A stretch of 15,460 bases of DNA from Pseudobdellovibrionaceae bacterium (GTDB lineage Bacteria > Bdellovibrionota > Bdellovibrionia > Bdellovibrionales > Bdellovibrionaceae): NCBI GenBank assembly GCA_044359815.1, contig JBIKLL010000066.1, positions 1 to 15,460 of the forward strand, in the 5' to 3' direction. Position 1 is the stretch's first letter. Each line of letters opens with the position of its first letter. Positions 7,333-15,358 of this stretch are shown piece by piece. The notes under the pieces were generated by a model that saw only the letters and a list, made by a program, of their open reading frames with translations, did not search any database and was not told the DNA's origin. Both the position numbers and the translations under genes were made by a program.

Positions 7333-10104
7333 ATGCAGTTTGATTGGATCGATCCAAAAAATGAAACCTTGGCAAAATCTGTTTTTAAAAAGTACACAGA
7401 TAAAAATCTAATCCCTGCCGAAAAAAAACCTTTTATCATTGATCTCGAAAAAAGCTTTGGACCCTATATCAGTGTTAAATCAGAATCTGGGGACAATAAA
7501 ATTCTGTTGGATGCAGGATCGCAGATCGCCAGTCTTGGGTTTGGTTTTAATCATCAAAGTTTTTTTGGAGTCGCACACAACCCGGCAGCTTGGAACAATA
7601 AATCAGACCCTACAACCAGGGCCCGTTATGATGCTTTCTTAAAACGAACACTTAAATGGAATTCATTAAAATCAATTGTTTGTAATTCTGGTGCTGAGGC
7701 AAACGAAATCGCCTTAGGCCATTGCTTTGAAAACCGCTCCAACAAATCAGCTAAGAAAGTTTTAGCATTTAAAGGAAGCTTTCACGGTAGAATGCTGGTT
7801 TCGCTATGGAGCTCGTGGGCTCCGGCAAAGCGAGTTCCATTTCAGTGGCCTGGGTTTGAAACTACTTTTGTGGATTATCCAGAATCTCGGGATGGTGTCA
7901 TTCAAGCCCCATTTAAAAAGGACTGGCTTAAATTGTGGTCTGCTGAATCTGATTCTGATTTTAATGAAGCCCTTGATAAAATAAAAGGTCAATCAGACCC
8001 TTTGTTAACCAAAGAAATTGATTCACTTCTGCAAATCAGAAATGAAATTAAATCTGATCAATATTTTGCTGTCATCATTGAACCCATGCAATGCGAAGGC
8101 GGTGATGCCTATACGACAGATCGATTTCACAATGGATTAATCAATCTGTGCAAAACATTGAAAGTGCCGTTGATATATGACGAAGTTCAAACGGGATTTC
8201 ATTTGGGCGATAGCTTTTTTTGGCACCAACAGTTTGATCTGAAAAATATTTATTCTGAATCATTGAAACCGGATTTTGTCACTTGTGCCAAAAAAGCACA
8301 GGTTGGATTAGTCTTGATGCCAAATATTTGCGAAGCTGCAGATGAATTGCATTCGCAGGCCAGTCTTTATCGTGGACTAATTCATGCATCAATGCTTGAG
8401 CAAAACCACCTTAAGATCTTAGAAATTCAAAAATACTGTTCGGCAAAATTAAATGAACTGTGCAAATCATTTAGTGATTTAATCACAGATCCCCGCGGTC
8501 AGGGATTAGCCTTTGCTTTTAGGTTTTTAAATTCTGATCACTTAAACCCATTTATTGGTTTTAGATTTTCTGAAGGCATTATGTGCTACCCAGCTGGTAC
8601 AGACACCGCCAGGTTTAGACTGAATTTAGCATTTACTAATTCAGATATTGATTTGCTGTTTCTGGCCCTATCAAACATGCTTAAAAAGATTCAAAAGGTC
8701 CCGACGGATTCTATCCCGGCAATTGATCGAAAAATCGTCGACAGATATTCTGTCCATCAGAAACTACTCAGTCTAAAAAACAGCAAGCAGAAACTGTCCC
8801 TGCAAGATTCCAAAAAAATGGCTGCAGATTTTCTGAAATCCCAATTAGCTGCCCGAGGCCTGGCCCATTTACAGATTCAGTTTATTGAGAGACAAAATAT
8901 GGATCAGTATTTGATACCCTTGGAAGATTTTGAGACCGCAATTTATGAAAGATCCCGCGTCACTACTGCCGATGAATTTAAAAAAGCCCTGGAATCAAAA
9001 CATGGGCTTGGAATCCTGGTATTAGAAGAATCAAAAATTATTGCCGTTTGTATTGGCGGCTCCATATCTGAATTTAAAAATATCAAAGGCACAGAATCCG
9101 ATCCAAACATTGATGATCCAAATGCAGTTTATATGGTGGATACAGGTGTTCGAACAGAATTTCATGGTAAACAAATTGGTGAGATTTTAAAAACTGCTTA
9201 TTGCATGATTGCTTCACAAATTGGTGTCACTCACATCAGCGGCAGAAACCGAGAAGTTTACGCAAAATCTATGTTTAGCTTAAATGCCAGCCTTGGTGCC
9301 ACCGAGGTCACCAGAGTGCCCGATGCCTATAATGATGATTTGTTTTTCAAGGATTCAATTTATTATTCAATACCCCTGGAATGGACATCAGAACTCGACA
9401 ACAAATTTGTCGCTAAAGCTATGCCTTATATTGTAAATAAAATGACTCTTTCAAATTTTATTGATGATTCGTTGCTGGTAGCTCTTGAAAAAATCGCCGA
9501 CAAAATGCCAACTGAGCTTAGGCATTGCTACACAACATCGGGTCTGTCAGAGTGTGTAGACAAAGTTGAAAAATCAATTTGGTATTTTGATAAAAAATCA
9601 AATAAGCAAATTTCTTTTAAAGGACAGAATTTCGGTCGAGGCAGCTTTCTGGCCAGAAGTTTGAGCCAACCTGTGGATAGCTTTTTCCCAGTGACCCAAC
9701 TGGATGAACCCACAGAAAATAATTGGAAAGCTGTCTTGAGTGCAATCACTCAAAATATAGAAAATAATCTGTACCAAGCCGTTTGGATCGAACCTATTTC
9801 GTCAGTCAGCGGGCAAAAGGTGCCCCTTGATTTTTTAAAAGCTCTTAGGATTTTATGTGATCAAAAAAATGTGGCTTTAGTGTTTAACGAAACCAATAGT
9901 CAGAATCACGGTTACGACAAGGGAAACTATTTTGCCAGTCAGCTGGTAACACCTGATTTGGCTTTTGCATATTTGCAGGGTCAAATGGGAATTGTATTTA
10001 GCTCAAAAAAATATTTTGTGACAGAGCCGCTGTCACTAATCAGCACCTGGGATGGTGATATGTTTTCATTGCTTAGCTATGTCGAGAGGAATTTAAACAA
10101 ATAA
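7333..10104 (+). CDS. Fusion protein: class III PLP aminotransferase (lysine-6-aminotransferase/GABA-T-like) + GNAT acetyltransferase + degenerate second aminotransferase module
   Basis: N-module: 'NSGAEANE', 'FKGSFHGR', 'IIEPMQCEGGD', 'YDEVQTG' (D283), 'AKKAQV' (K320/K321). Middle: GNAT motif A 'VRTEFHGKQIG' (~aa 606-616). C-module: 'TTSGLSECVDK', 'FKGQNFG', 'VWIEPI', 'FNET', 'ISTWDG'. Confidence 0.85.
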   Translation: MQFDWIDPKNETLAKSVFKKYTDKNLIPAEKKPFIIDLEKSFGPYISVKSESGDNKILLDAGSQIASLGFGFNHQSFFGVAHNPAAWNNKSDPTTRARYDAFLKRTLKWNSLKSIVCNSGAEANEIALGHCFENRSNKSAKKVLAFKGSFHGRMLVSLWSSWAPAKRVPFQWPGFETTFVDYPESRDGVIQAPFKKDWLKLWSAESDSDFNEALDKIKGQSDPLLTKEIDSLLQIRNEIKSDQYFAVIIEPMQCEGGDAYTTDRFHNGLINLCKTLKVPLIYDEVQTGFHLGDSFFWHQQFDLKNIYSESLKPDFVTCAKKAQVGLVLMPNICEAADELHSQASLYRGLIHASMLEQNHLKILEIQKYCSAKLNELCKSFSDLITDPRGQGLAFAFRFLNSDHLNPFIGFRFSEGIMCYPAGTDTARFRLNLAFTNSDIDLLFLALSNMLKKIQKVPTDSIPAIDRKIVDRYSVHQKLLSLKNSKQKLSLQDSKKMAADFLKSQLAARGLAHLQIQFIERQNMDQYLIPLEDFETAIYERSRVTTADEFKKALESKHGLGILVLEESKIIAVCIGGSISEFKNIKGTESDPNIDDPNAVYMVDTGVRTEFHGKQIGEILKTAYCMIASQIGVTHISGRNREVYAKSMFSLNASLGATEVTRVPDAYNDDLFFKDSIYYSIPLEWTSELDNKFVAKAMPYIVNKMTLSNFIDDSLLVALEKIADKMPTELRHCYTTSGLSECVDKVEKSIWYFDKKSNKQISFKGQNFGRGSFLARSLSQPVDSFFPVTQLDEPTENNWKAVLSAITQNIENNLYQAVWIEPISSVSGQKVPLDFLKALRILCDQKNVALVFNETNSQNHGYDKGNYFASQLVTPDLAFAYLQGQMGIVFSSKKYFVTEPLSLISTWDGDMFSLLSYVERNLNK

Positions 10105-11160
10105 ATGGAAATTGGATTTCCTGTAATTAAATATCAAAAGGGACTTTCGCAGAAACAATGGGGTCAACAGCACGGTGAAGCTTTTCGGGATGCAATCCGG
10201 GAACTGGCTGCTATCCGCACTGATTTGATTTTGTCTGCCAGCAACAGATTTAATAAATCAAACATATCTGAAAATTCCAAAATCCAGCTGCGAATAACTG
10301 AGCAGTTTTCGCAGGATTTGTCACAAGAGCTCAAAGGCATTATGGATGGGGCTAATCTGTCGCCATCTGATTGCGTGATATTAAATAATTATACAGATTT
10401 TAGAGACCTCAGTTTTAACAACCAGATTTTGAATGATGGTTGTTCTACGGTTTATGTTAATAACGATGGCAAACATTTAGCTGGTCAAACTTGGGATATG
10501 CACAACAGTGCCAGAAGGTTTCTGGCAGTTATCGATACACCTGATTGCAAAATCATGACAGTTGTTGGTTGCGTGGGATTAATGGGATTTAATTCAGCAA
10601 AATGCATGATAGCAGTCAATAATCTGAACACAACCGACGCTGTGAACGGAGTGATTTGGCCTGTAATGGTCAGAAAATGTTTGCAAGCATCTAAGGTATC
10701 CCAAATGTCCCAGATTTTAAAAACGACCATGGTGACTTCTGGTCATAATTATCTGATTGCTGATTCACAGGGTGCCCAAAATTGGGAAATCACTCCCACT
10801 CAAAAAAAACTTACTCACACAGTGCAATCGGAGGGATTTGTGTTTCACACGAACCACTGCCTGGCACCTGAAACCATAGCTGTTGAATCGGCTGTGAACA
10901 TCAGCCCAACCAGTTTAAAAAGATATAAACTGATTCAAGACAGAATAAATAAAGTTAAATCAGCTGATGATTTTAAAGGATTGCTAACAAGCCATGATGA
11001 GTTTCCACTTTCTGTTTGCTCTCACCCACCGGCAACCAATGCTGAATCCAGCGAAACCTGCGGTGGAGCCATGGCTGATCTGAAATCAGGCCAGTTGTTG
11101 TTTTGGCGAGGCTGCGAAAAACGCAAAGAATTTTTTATTGAAAGGGAATTTCAAATATGA
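10105..11160 (+). CDS. C45 family Ntn-hydrolase (isopenicillin N acyltransferase / Tan-like acyltransferase-hydrolase)
   Basis: 'WGQQHGE', autoproteolysis site G/C113 ('DGCSTV'), 'GQTWD', 'GLMGFNS', 'HNYLIAD', 'HTNHCL'. ATG directly follows the upstream TAA. Confidence 0.88.
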   Translation: MEIGFPVIKYQKGLSQKQWGQQHGEAFRDAIRELAAIRTDLILSASNRFNKSNISENSKIQLRITEQFSQDLSQELKGIMDGANLSPSDCVILNNYTDFRDLSFNNQILNDGCSTVYVNNDGKHLAGQTWDMHNSARRFLAVIDTPDCKIMTVVGCVGLMGFNSAKCMIAVNNLNTTDAVNGVIWPVMVRKCLQASKVSQMSQILKTTMVTSGHNYLIADSQGAQNWEITPTQKKLTHTVQSEGFVFHTNHCLAPETIAVESAVNISPTSLKRYKLIQDRINKVKSADDFKGLLTSHDEFPLSVCSHPPATNAESSETCGGAMADLKSGQLLFWRGCEKRKEFFIEREFQI

Positions 11161-12362
11161 GTTCATTTTTTTATACATGGACTGCGCAAAGCAATGCTCA
11201 AACATTGGATGTGGCCGGCACTGACGGAAGTTTTTTAATATTGAAAACCGGCGCCCGCTTTGATGATTTTATATCTACAAGCTTTCAAACAAATTTTGGT
11301 CATAAAAATTCTAAGATCATGGCAGCAATTTCCGCACAGTTAAACCAAATGCCTATTGCTGCCCCTAAGTGGGATTTCGAACTGAAAGAATCCGTCAGTG
11401 CACAGTTAAAAAGGCTTTTGGGTTTTGCTTCAGGAAAAATATTTTACACCACATCTGGCGCAGAGGCCGTGGAAAATGCTTTGAAGATTGCCAGACAGAT
11501 CACTGGCAAAACAAAAATCCTGGCCAGAAACAACAGCTACCATGGTGCAACCCTGGGGGCTCTGTCTGTGACTGGTGATTGGCGCAATAAAGCCCACAAA
11601 ACACTGAACGATTGGACAGTCAGGATCCCTGAACCCATGCATGACCCCAATTTAGAGATCACTGAAAAAGTGATTTTACAAAACGATCCTGCGACGATCG
11701 CGGCTTTTTGTTTGGAAACAATCAGCGGAACCAATGGCGTGATCATTCCCAGCCAAAATTGGTGGGATGGGATTCAAGCCCTGGCAAAAAAATATGGAAT
11801 TTTATTAATTGTTGACGAAGTTCTGGTTGGATTTGGCAGAACCGGAAGTGACTTTGCCTTTCAGAATTTTTACATCAAGCCTGACATGGTCACAATGTCC
11901 AAAGGCATCACCGGGGGCTACATACCCTTTGGAGCTCTTTGGTGTCATTCGCGCATAGCTGATTTTTACCAAGACAATGTATTGGCCTGTGGTCTGACTC
12001 AGTATGCTCATCCACTGGGATTGGCAGCATTAGGCTCAGTGTTGGAAATATTAAAATCGATAGAGTTTAAAAACCTGCAGCAGGAAAACCTGAAATTAAT
12101 TGAACTGTATTTAACCAGACTGAAAAGACTGGAAACAGTTTCGGATGTTAGGGTTGCCGGAATGCTGGCTGCTGTTGATCTGAGGATTCCTGTGAATCCA
12201 GCAGAGTTTAGCAAAAGAAATTTATTTGTTTTTACCAAACCCAATCAGGTAATCATTGCGCCAGTGTTAACATGCAAACCCAATGACCTGATCAGCGGAT
12301 TGAATCGTTTTTGCGATGCCATTGTGGCTCACCGGATTTCACCCAAGAGCCTTTCACTATGA
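11157..12362 (+). CDS. Class III PLP-dependent aminotransferase (omega/beta-amino acid transaminase type)
   Basis: 'TTSGAEAVENALKIAR', 'SYHGAT', 'IVDEVLVGFGRTG', 'PDMVTMSKGITGGYIP' (PLP Lys249), 'GLTQYAHP'. ATGA overlap with the upstream gene. Confidence 0.93.
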   Translation: MSSFFYTWTAQSNAQTLDVAGTDGSFLILKTGARFDDFISTSFQTNFGHKNSKIMAAISAQLNQMPIAAPKWDFELKESVSAQLKRLLGFASGKIFYTTSGAEAVENALKIARQITGKTKILARNNSYHGATLGALSVTGDWRNKAHKTLNDWTVRIPEPMHDPNLEITEKVILQNDPATIAAFCLETISGTNGVIIPSQNWWDGIQALAKKYGILLIVDEVLVGFGRTGSDFAFQNFYIKPDMVTMSKGITGGYIPFGALWCHSRIADFYQDNVLACGLTQYAHPLGLAALGSVLEILKSIEFKNLQQENLKLIELYLTRLKRLETVSDVRVAGMLAAVDLRIPVNPAEFSKRNLFVFTKPNQVIIAPVLTCKPNDLISGLNRFCDAIVAHRISPKSLSL

Positions 12363-13045
12363 CTGTTTTTAAAGACGCTAGCGAAGCATTATTTGATTTG
12401 AAAGACGGAATGACCCTGATGAGTGGGGGATTTGGTCTGTGCGGAATTGCAGAAAACTGCATCACAGAAATTTTAGCAAAAGGCACAAAAAATCTGACTG
12501 TGATTTCAAACAACATTGGTAATCAGGGTAAGGGCTTAGCCGTGCTGCTGAAAACCGGTCAAATCTCAGAAGCGATTTGTAGTTATATCGGTGGCAATCC
12601 GGATCTGGAAAAATTAATGATGGAAAATAAAATCAAGGTTCAGTTGATCCCTCAGGGAACATTGAGTGAACGTATTCGTGCCGCTGGCATGGGGATTCGA
12701 GCCTTTTACACTCCTACTGGTTACGGAACTGTCGTCGCTGAGGGTAAAGAAATTAAAATATTTGATAAGCCTTGCTTGCTGGAAACTGCCTTGCACGCCG
12801 ATTACGCGATCATCAAGGCCCAAAAAGCTGATCGCTTTAGTAATTTGTGGTTTAAAGAATCCGCCAGGAATTTTTCACCCTTGATGGCAATGGCTGCAAA
12901 AATCAGCGTGGTAGAAGTCGAAGAATGGGGCGACATCAAACCCGAGGATGTTCATTTGCCAGGAATTTTTGTCAAAAGATTGTTTAAGGGCGAAAATTAT
13001 CAAAATCACATCGAACATTTAAAGCTTTCGCAGGACTTAGTATGA
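12359..13045 (+). CDS. scoA: 3-oxoacid CoA-transferase subunit A
   Basis: 'DGMTLMSGGFGLCGIAEN', 'ISNN', 'SYIGGN', 'PQGTLSERIRAAGMGI.AFYTPTG.GT', 'ARNFSP.MA', 'VHLPGIFV'. The true start is most likely ATG 12359 (ATGA overlap). Confidence 0.9.
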   Translation: MTVFKDASEALFDLKDGMTLMSGGFGLCGIAENCITEILAKGTKNLTVISNNIGNQGKGLAVLLKTGQISEAICSYIGGNPDLEKLMMENKIKVQLIPQGTLSERIRAAGMGIRAFYTPTGYGTVVAEGKEIKIFDKPCLLETALHADYAIIKAQKADRFSNLWFKESARNFSPLMAMAAKISVVEVEEWGDIKPEDVHLPGIFVKRLFKGENYQNHIEHLKLSQDLV

Positions 13046-13725
13046 GTTTATCAAAAGGTTTTTCACAAAATCAGATGGCAGACCTGGTGATCAAATTTTT
13101 TAAATCTGATTGTTCGGTTAATTTAGGAATTGGATTGCCCACATTAATTGCCGAAAGAATTCCGGCTGATAAAAATATATTAATACATTCTGAAAACGGA
13201 GTTTTAGGAATCAGTGGCAGACCCACAGCTGATACGGTTTCGCCCACATTGATCAACGCGGGCAAAGAAACTGTAGCTATCAAACCCGGAGCCAGCTTTT
13301 TTGACAGTGCTATGAGCTTTGGGATGATTCGTGGTGGTCATATTGATTTTTGTATTTTAGGTGGGATGCAAGTCGACGCAGAAGGCAGTCTAGCCAATTG
13401 GATGATCCCCGGCAAAAAGGTCACAGGCATGGGCGGCGCCATGGATTTAGTCAATGGAGCCAAGCACGTGATCGTAATGTTAACGCATTTTGATCCCAAG
13501 GGTTTTTCAAAATTGGTTAAAAAATGTGATTTGCCACTGACGGGATTTGCAGTCGTCAACACTGTGGTTACAGATCTGGCGGTGTTTTCTGTGGTCGGTG
13601 GAAAATTTAAAATATTAAATTTAGCACCTGGAATCTCTGTTGCTGATTTACAAATGGGAAAGGATATTTTGGATGAAAGCCTTATTTATCAGTCCACTCA
13701 GGACTCCGTTCACACAGGCCTTTAA
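13042..13725 (+). CDS. scoB: 3-oxoacid CoA-transferase subunit B
   Basis: 'VNLGIGLPT', catalytic 'HSENG', 'INAGKE', 'SFGMIRGGHID..ILG.MQV', 'GMGGAMDL', 'C.LPLTG'. ATGA overlap. Confidence 0.92.
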   Translation: MSLSKGFSQNQMADLVIKFFKSDCSVNLGIGLPTLIAERIPADKNILIHSENGVLGISGRPTADTVSPTLINAGKETVAIKPGASFFDSAMSFGMIRGGHIDFCILGGMQVDAEGSLANWMIPGKKVTGMGGAMDLVNGAKHVIVMLTHFDPKGFSKLVKKCDLPLTGFAVVNTVVTDLAVFSVVGGKFKILNLAPGISVADLQMGKDILDESLIYQSTQDSVHTGL

Positions 13726-14821
13726 GGGTTCATACAAGGACACCAGACCCGACGATTTGTTGACAGAATTGTTCAAGCAAACGCTGAGCCAATTTAGTAA
13801 AAATTATTTTCAGGATATTAGTGATTCAATTGACGAAGTCATCGTCGGTACGGCCTATCCCGAATCCGAACAAGGTTATAACATTGCCAGAACCTGCGCC
13901 CTGGGCTGCAGATTGGACAAACCTGGTTTTACAGTGAATCGCTTGTGTAGCTCATCACTGGAAGCATTGATGATTGCCGTGGCCAAAGTTAATTCGGGTT
14001 TGGGTGATTGTTATCTGGTAGGCGGTGTTGAGTCCATGAGTCGCATTCCCAGGCGCGGGGCAAATTTTTCTGAATCAGCACTTATAAAATCAGCAGCTCC
14101 TGATACCTACGTCACAATGGGCGAAACCGCCGAAAATATTTTTCAGAAATTTAAAATTTCTCGGGAAGCTCAAGAACAATTCAGCATCAGAAGCCATCTG
14201 TTGGCAGAAAAAGCCTGGTCCGAGGGCAAATACCAAGATCAAATTTTTGCCTACCTGTGTGCCAAGGACGAAGGAATCAGATCGCCCTTGAATGTTGAGA
14301 AACTGAAGGCATTGCCACCTGTGTTTAAATCAGAGGGATCAGTAACCGCAGCAACCAGCTCGCCATTAAGTGATGGAGCCTGCGCTGGCTTTGTTGTCAG
14401 TCCTGAATTTGCGAAAAAAATTAGTTTCTCTGATGAAACCAAGCCCAAAGGTTTAAAAATCTTGGATGCTGCTGTTTCCGCTGTTACTCCAGCGCTTATG
14501 GGTATGGGACCAGTGGATGCGACAAAGAAGCTTTTGCACAGAAATAATTTAACCGTTGATGATATTGATGTTTTTGAAATGAACGAGGCTTTTTCAGTGC
14601 AATCGCTTGCTTGTCAAAAGCAGTTAGAAATCCCCGATGAAAAATTAAATCAATGGGGCGGAGCCATCGCCATCGGTCACCCGTTAGGCGCCAGTGGATT
14701 GCGGCTATTGATGACCTGTATGGGAAGATTGTCCGAGATCAAAACAAAAAATCCAAAAGGAATAGTCACACTGTGTGTTGGCGGCGGCCAAGGCGTTTCC
14801 GTGCTGGTGGAGAGCCTATGA
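13673..14821 (+). CDS. Thiolase (acetyl-CoA C-acyltransferase)
   Basis: 'RTPF', 'NIAR', 'VNRLCSSS' (Cys), 'GGVESMS', 'MGETAE', 'EMNEAF', 'GGAIAIGHPLGASG', 'TLCVGGGQG'. ATG 13673 with AAGGA upstream overlaps scoB by 53 nt. Confidence 0.93.
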   Translation: MKALFISPLRTPFTQAFKGSYKDTRPDDLLTELFKQTLSQFSKNYFQDISDSIDEVIVGTAYPESEQGYNIARTCALGCRLDKPGFTVNRLCSSSLEALMIAVAKVNSGLGDCYLVGGVESMSRIPRRGANFSESALIKSAAPDTYVTMGETAENIFQKFKISREAQEQFSIRSHLLAEKAWSEGKYQDQIFAYLCAKDEGIRSPLNVEKLKALPPVFKSEGSVTAATSSPLSDGACAGFVVSPEFAKKISFSDETKPKGLKILDAAVSAVTPALMGMGPVDATKKLLHRNNLTVDDIDVFEMNEAFSVQSLACQKQLEIPDEKLNQWGGAIAIGHPLGASGLRLLMTCMGRLSEIKTKNPKGIVTLCVGGGQGVSVLVESL

Positions 14822-14841
14822 AAATATTAACTGGCCCTTTA

Positions 14842-15087
14842 GCTTGCGGTTAATTTGAATTTTAAAAAATATTTCTATGTTTTTATATCTTGTGAATACT
14901 TGCTAACGGCCGCAAGCTCATCTCCCGTATTGTGTCATTTTATTTAAATAGGTTTAAGATTAATAAATTATCATAAACCTAATTAAATAAAATGACACAA
15001 CACCAGATATGCCATGCGCGCTCGCAAATGTATTCACAAGATATAAAAACCTAAAAATATTTTTTAAAGTTCAAATTAACCGCAAGC
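14842..15087. repeat. Nested ~250-bp palindromic element (outer 58-bp arms, inner 31-bp arms)
   Basis: 14842-14899 vs 15030-15087 are inverted with 3 mismatches. 14930-14960 vs 14970-15000 are inverted with 2 mismatches. The ~30-nt GC-richer segments between them pair only loosely. Imperfect extension to ~14831/15099. Confidence 0.92.
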
Positions 15088-15120
15088 AAGTGGACCAGCT
15101 TGTGTAGTTTCGGAAATAAA

Positions 15121-15141
15121 TGGCGCGCCCGGAAGGATTTG
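15121..15141 (-). other. tRNA-Arg-like 3' fragment (half T-loop, T-stem 3' strand, acceptor 3' strand, discriminator G, CCA), copy 1
   Basis: Minus strand reads CAAAT-CCTTC-CGGGCGC-G-CCA. The implied acceptor 5' strand GCGCCCG with G73 is typical of bacterial tRNA-Arg. D- and anticodon arms are absent. Confidence 0.8.
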
Positions 15142-15280
15142 GTCTTCTCGAACCATTTGCTTCACGCAAATGGTTCTGCCAGAGCCGGCATCGCATATTC
15201 AAAATGCCTTCCTGGCATTTTTCCCTGCATTAAAAGCTATCGCTTTCAACGCAGGTCATATGCTGCTATTCAAATCCTTC
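15121..15280 (-). ncRNA. Candidate structured RNA (or ssDNA) unit of the repeat, ending in a tRNA-like 3' end
   Basis: Closing stem 15132-15141/15271-15280 (10 bp, perfect). Hairpins 15150-15176 (11 bp, perfect), 15201-15221 (8 bp, perfect) and 15224-15255 (14 bp, two G-U pairs on the minus strand). Stem 15193-15198/15258-15263. Confidence 0.5.
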
Positions 15281-15337
15281 AATCCCAGGATCTTTTCTAA
15301 AATCAATTTTGTGCTTGTTTGTTGTTTCGGATTTAAA

Positions 15338-15358
15338 TGGCGCGCCCGGAAGGATTTG
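15338..15358 (-). other. tRNA-Arg-like 3' fragment, copy 2
   Basis: Identical to copy 1, 217 bp to the right. Confidence 0.8.

Noticed and set aside
7333..11160. Beta-lactam biosynthesis cluster (LAT-like plus isopenicillin N acyltransferase-like genes)
   Set aside because: No ACV synthetase or isopenicillin N synthase in the window. Both families are broad, and the linked CoA-transferase/thiolase point to other chemistry.
12311..12358. N-terminal extension of CoA-transferase A (and likewise 13640-13672 of the thiolase, 6079-6114 of the small protein) given by the ORF track
   Set aside because: Downstream ATGs with ATGA coupling or SD sequences fit better, and for the two enzymes family homology begins there.
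1839..14853. Numerous 60-126 aa antisense or alternative-frame ORFs (e.g. 5428-5808, 3213-3524, 2502-2768)
   Set aside because: They are wholly or largely nested in well-supported genes or lack any recognisable motif; treated as shadow ORFs.
15100..15300. 66-aa ORF on the + strand
   Set aside because: TTG start, no recognisable protein features, and it lies across the structured repeat.
15121..15337. Intact or intron-containing tRNA-Arg gene
   Set aside because: No acceptor 5' strand (GCGCCCG), D-arm or anticodon arm exists on the minus strand within the unit; only the 3' ~21 nt are tRNA-like.
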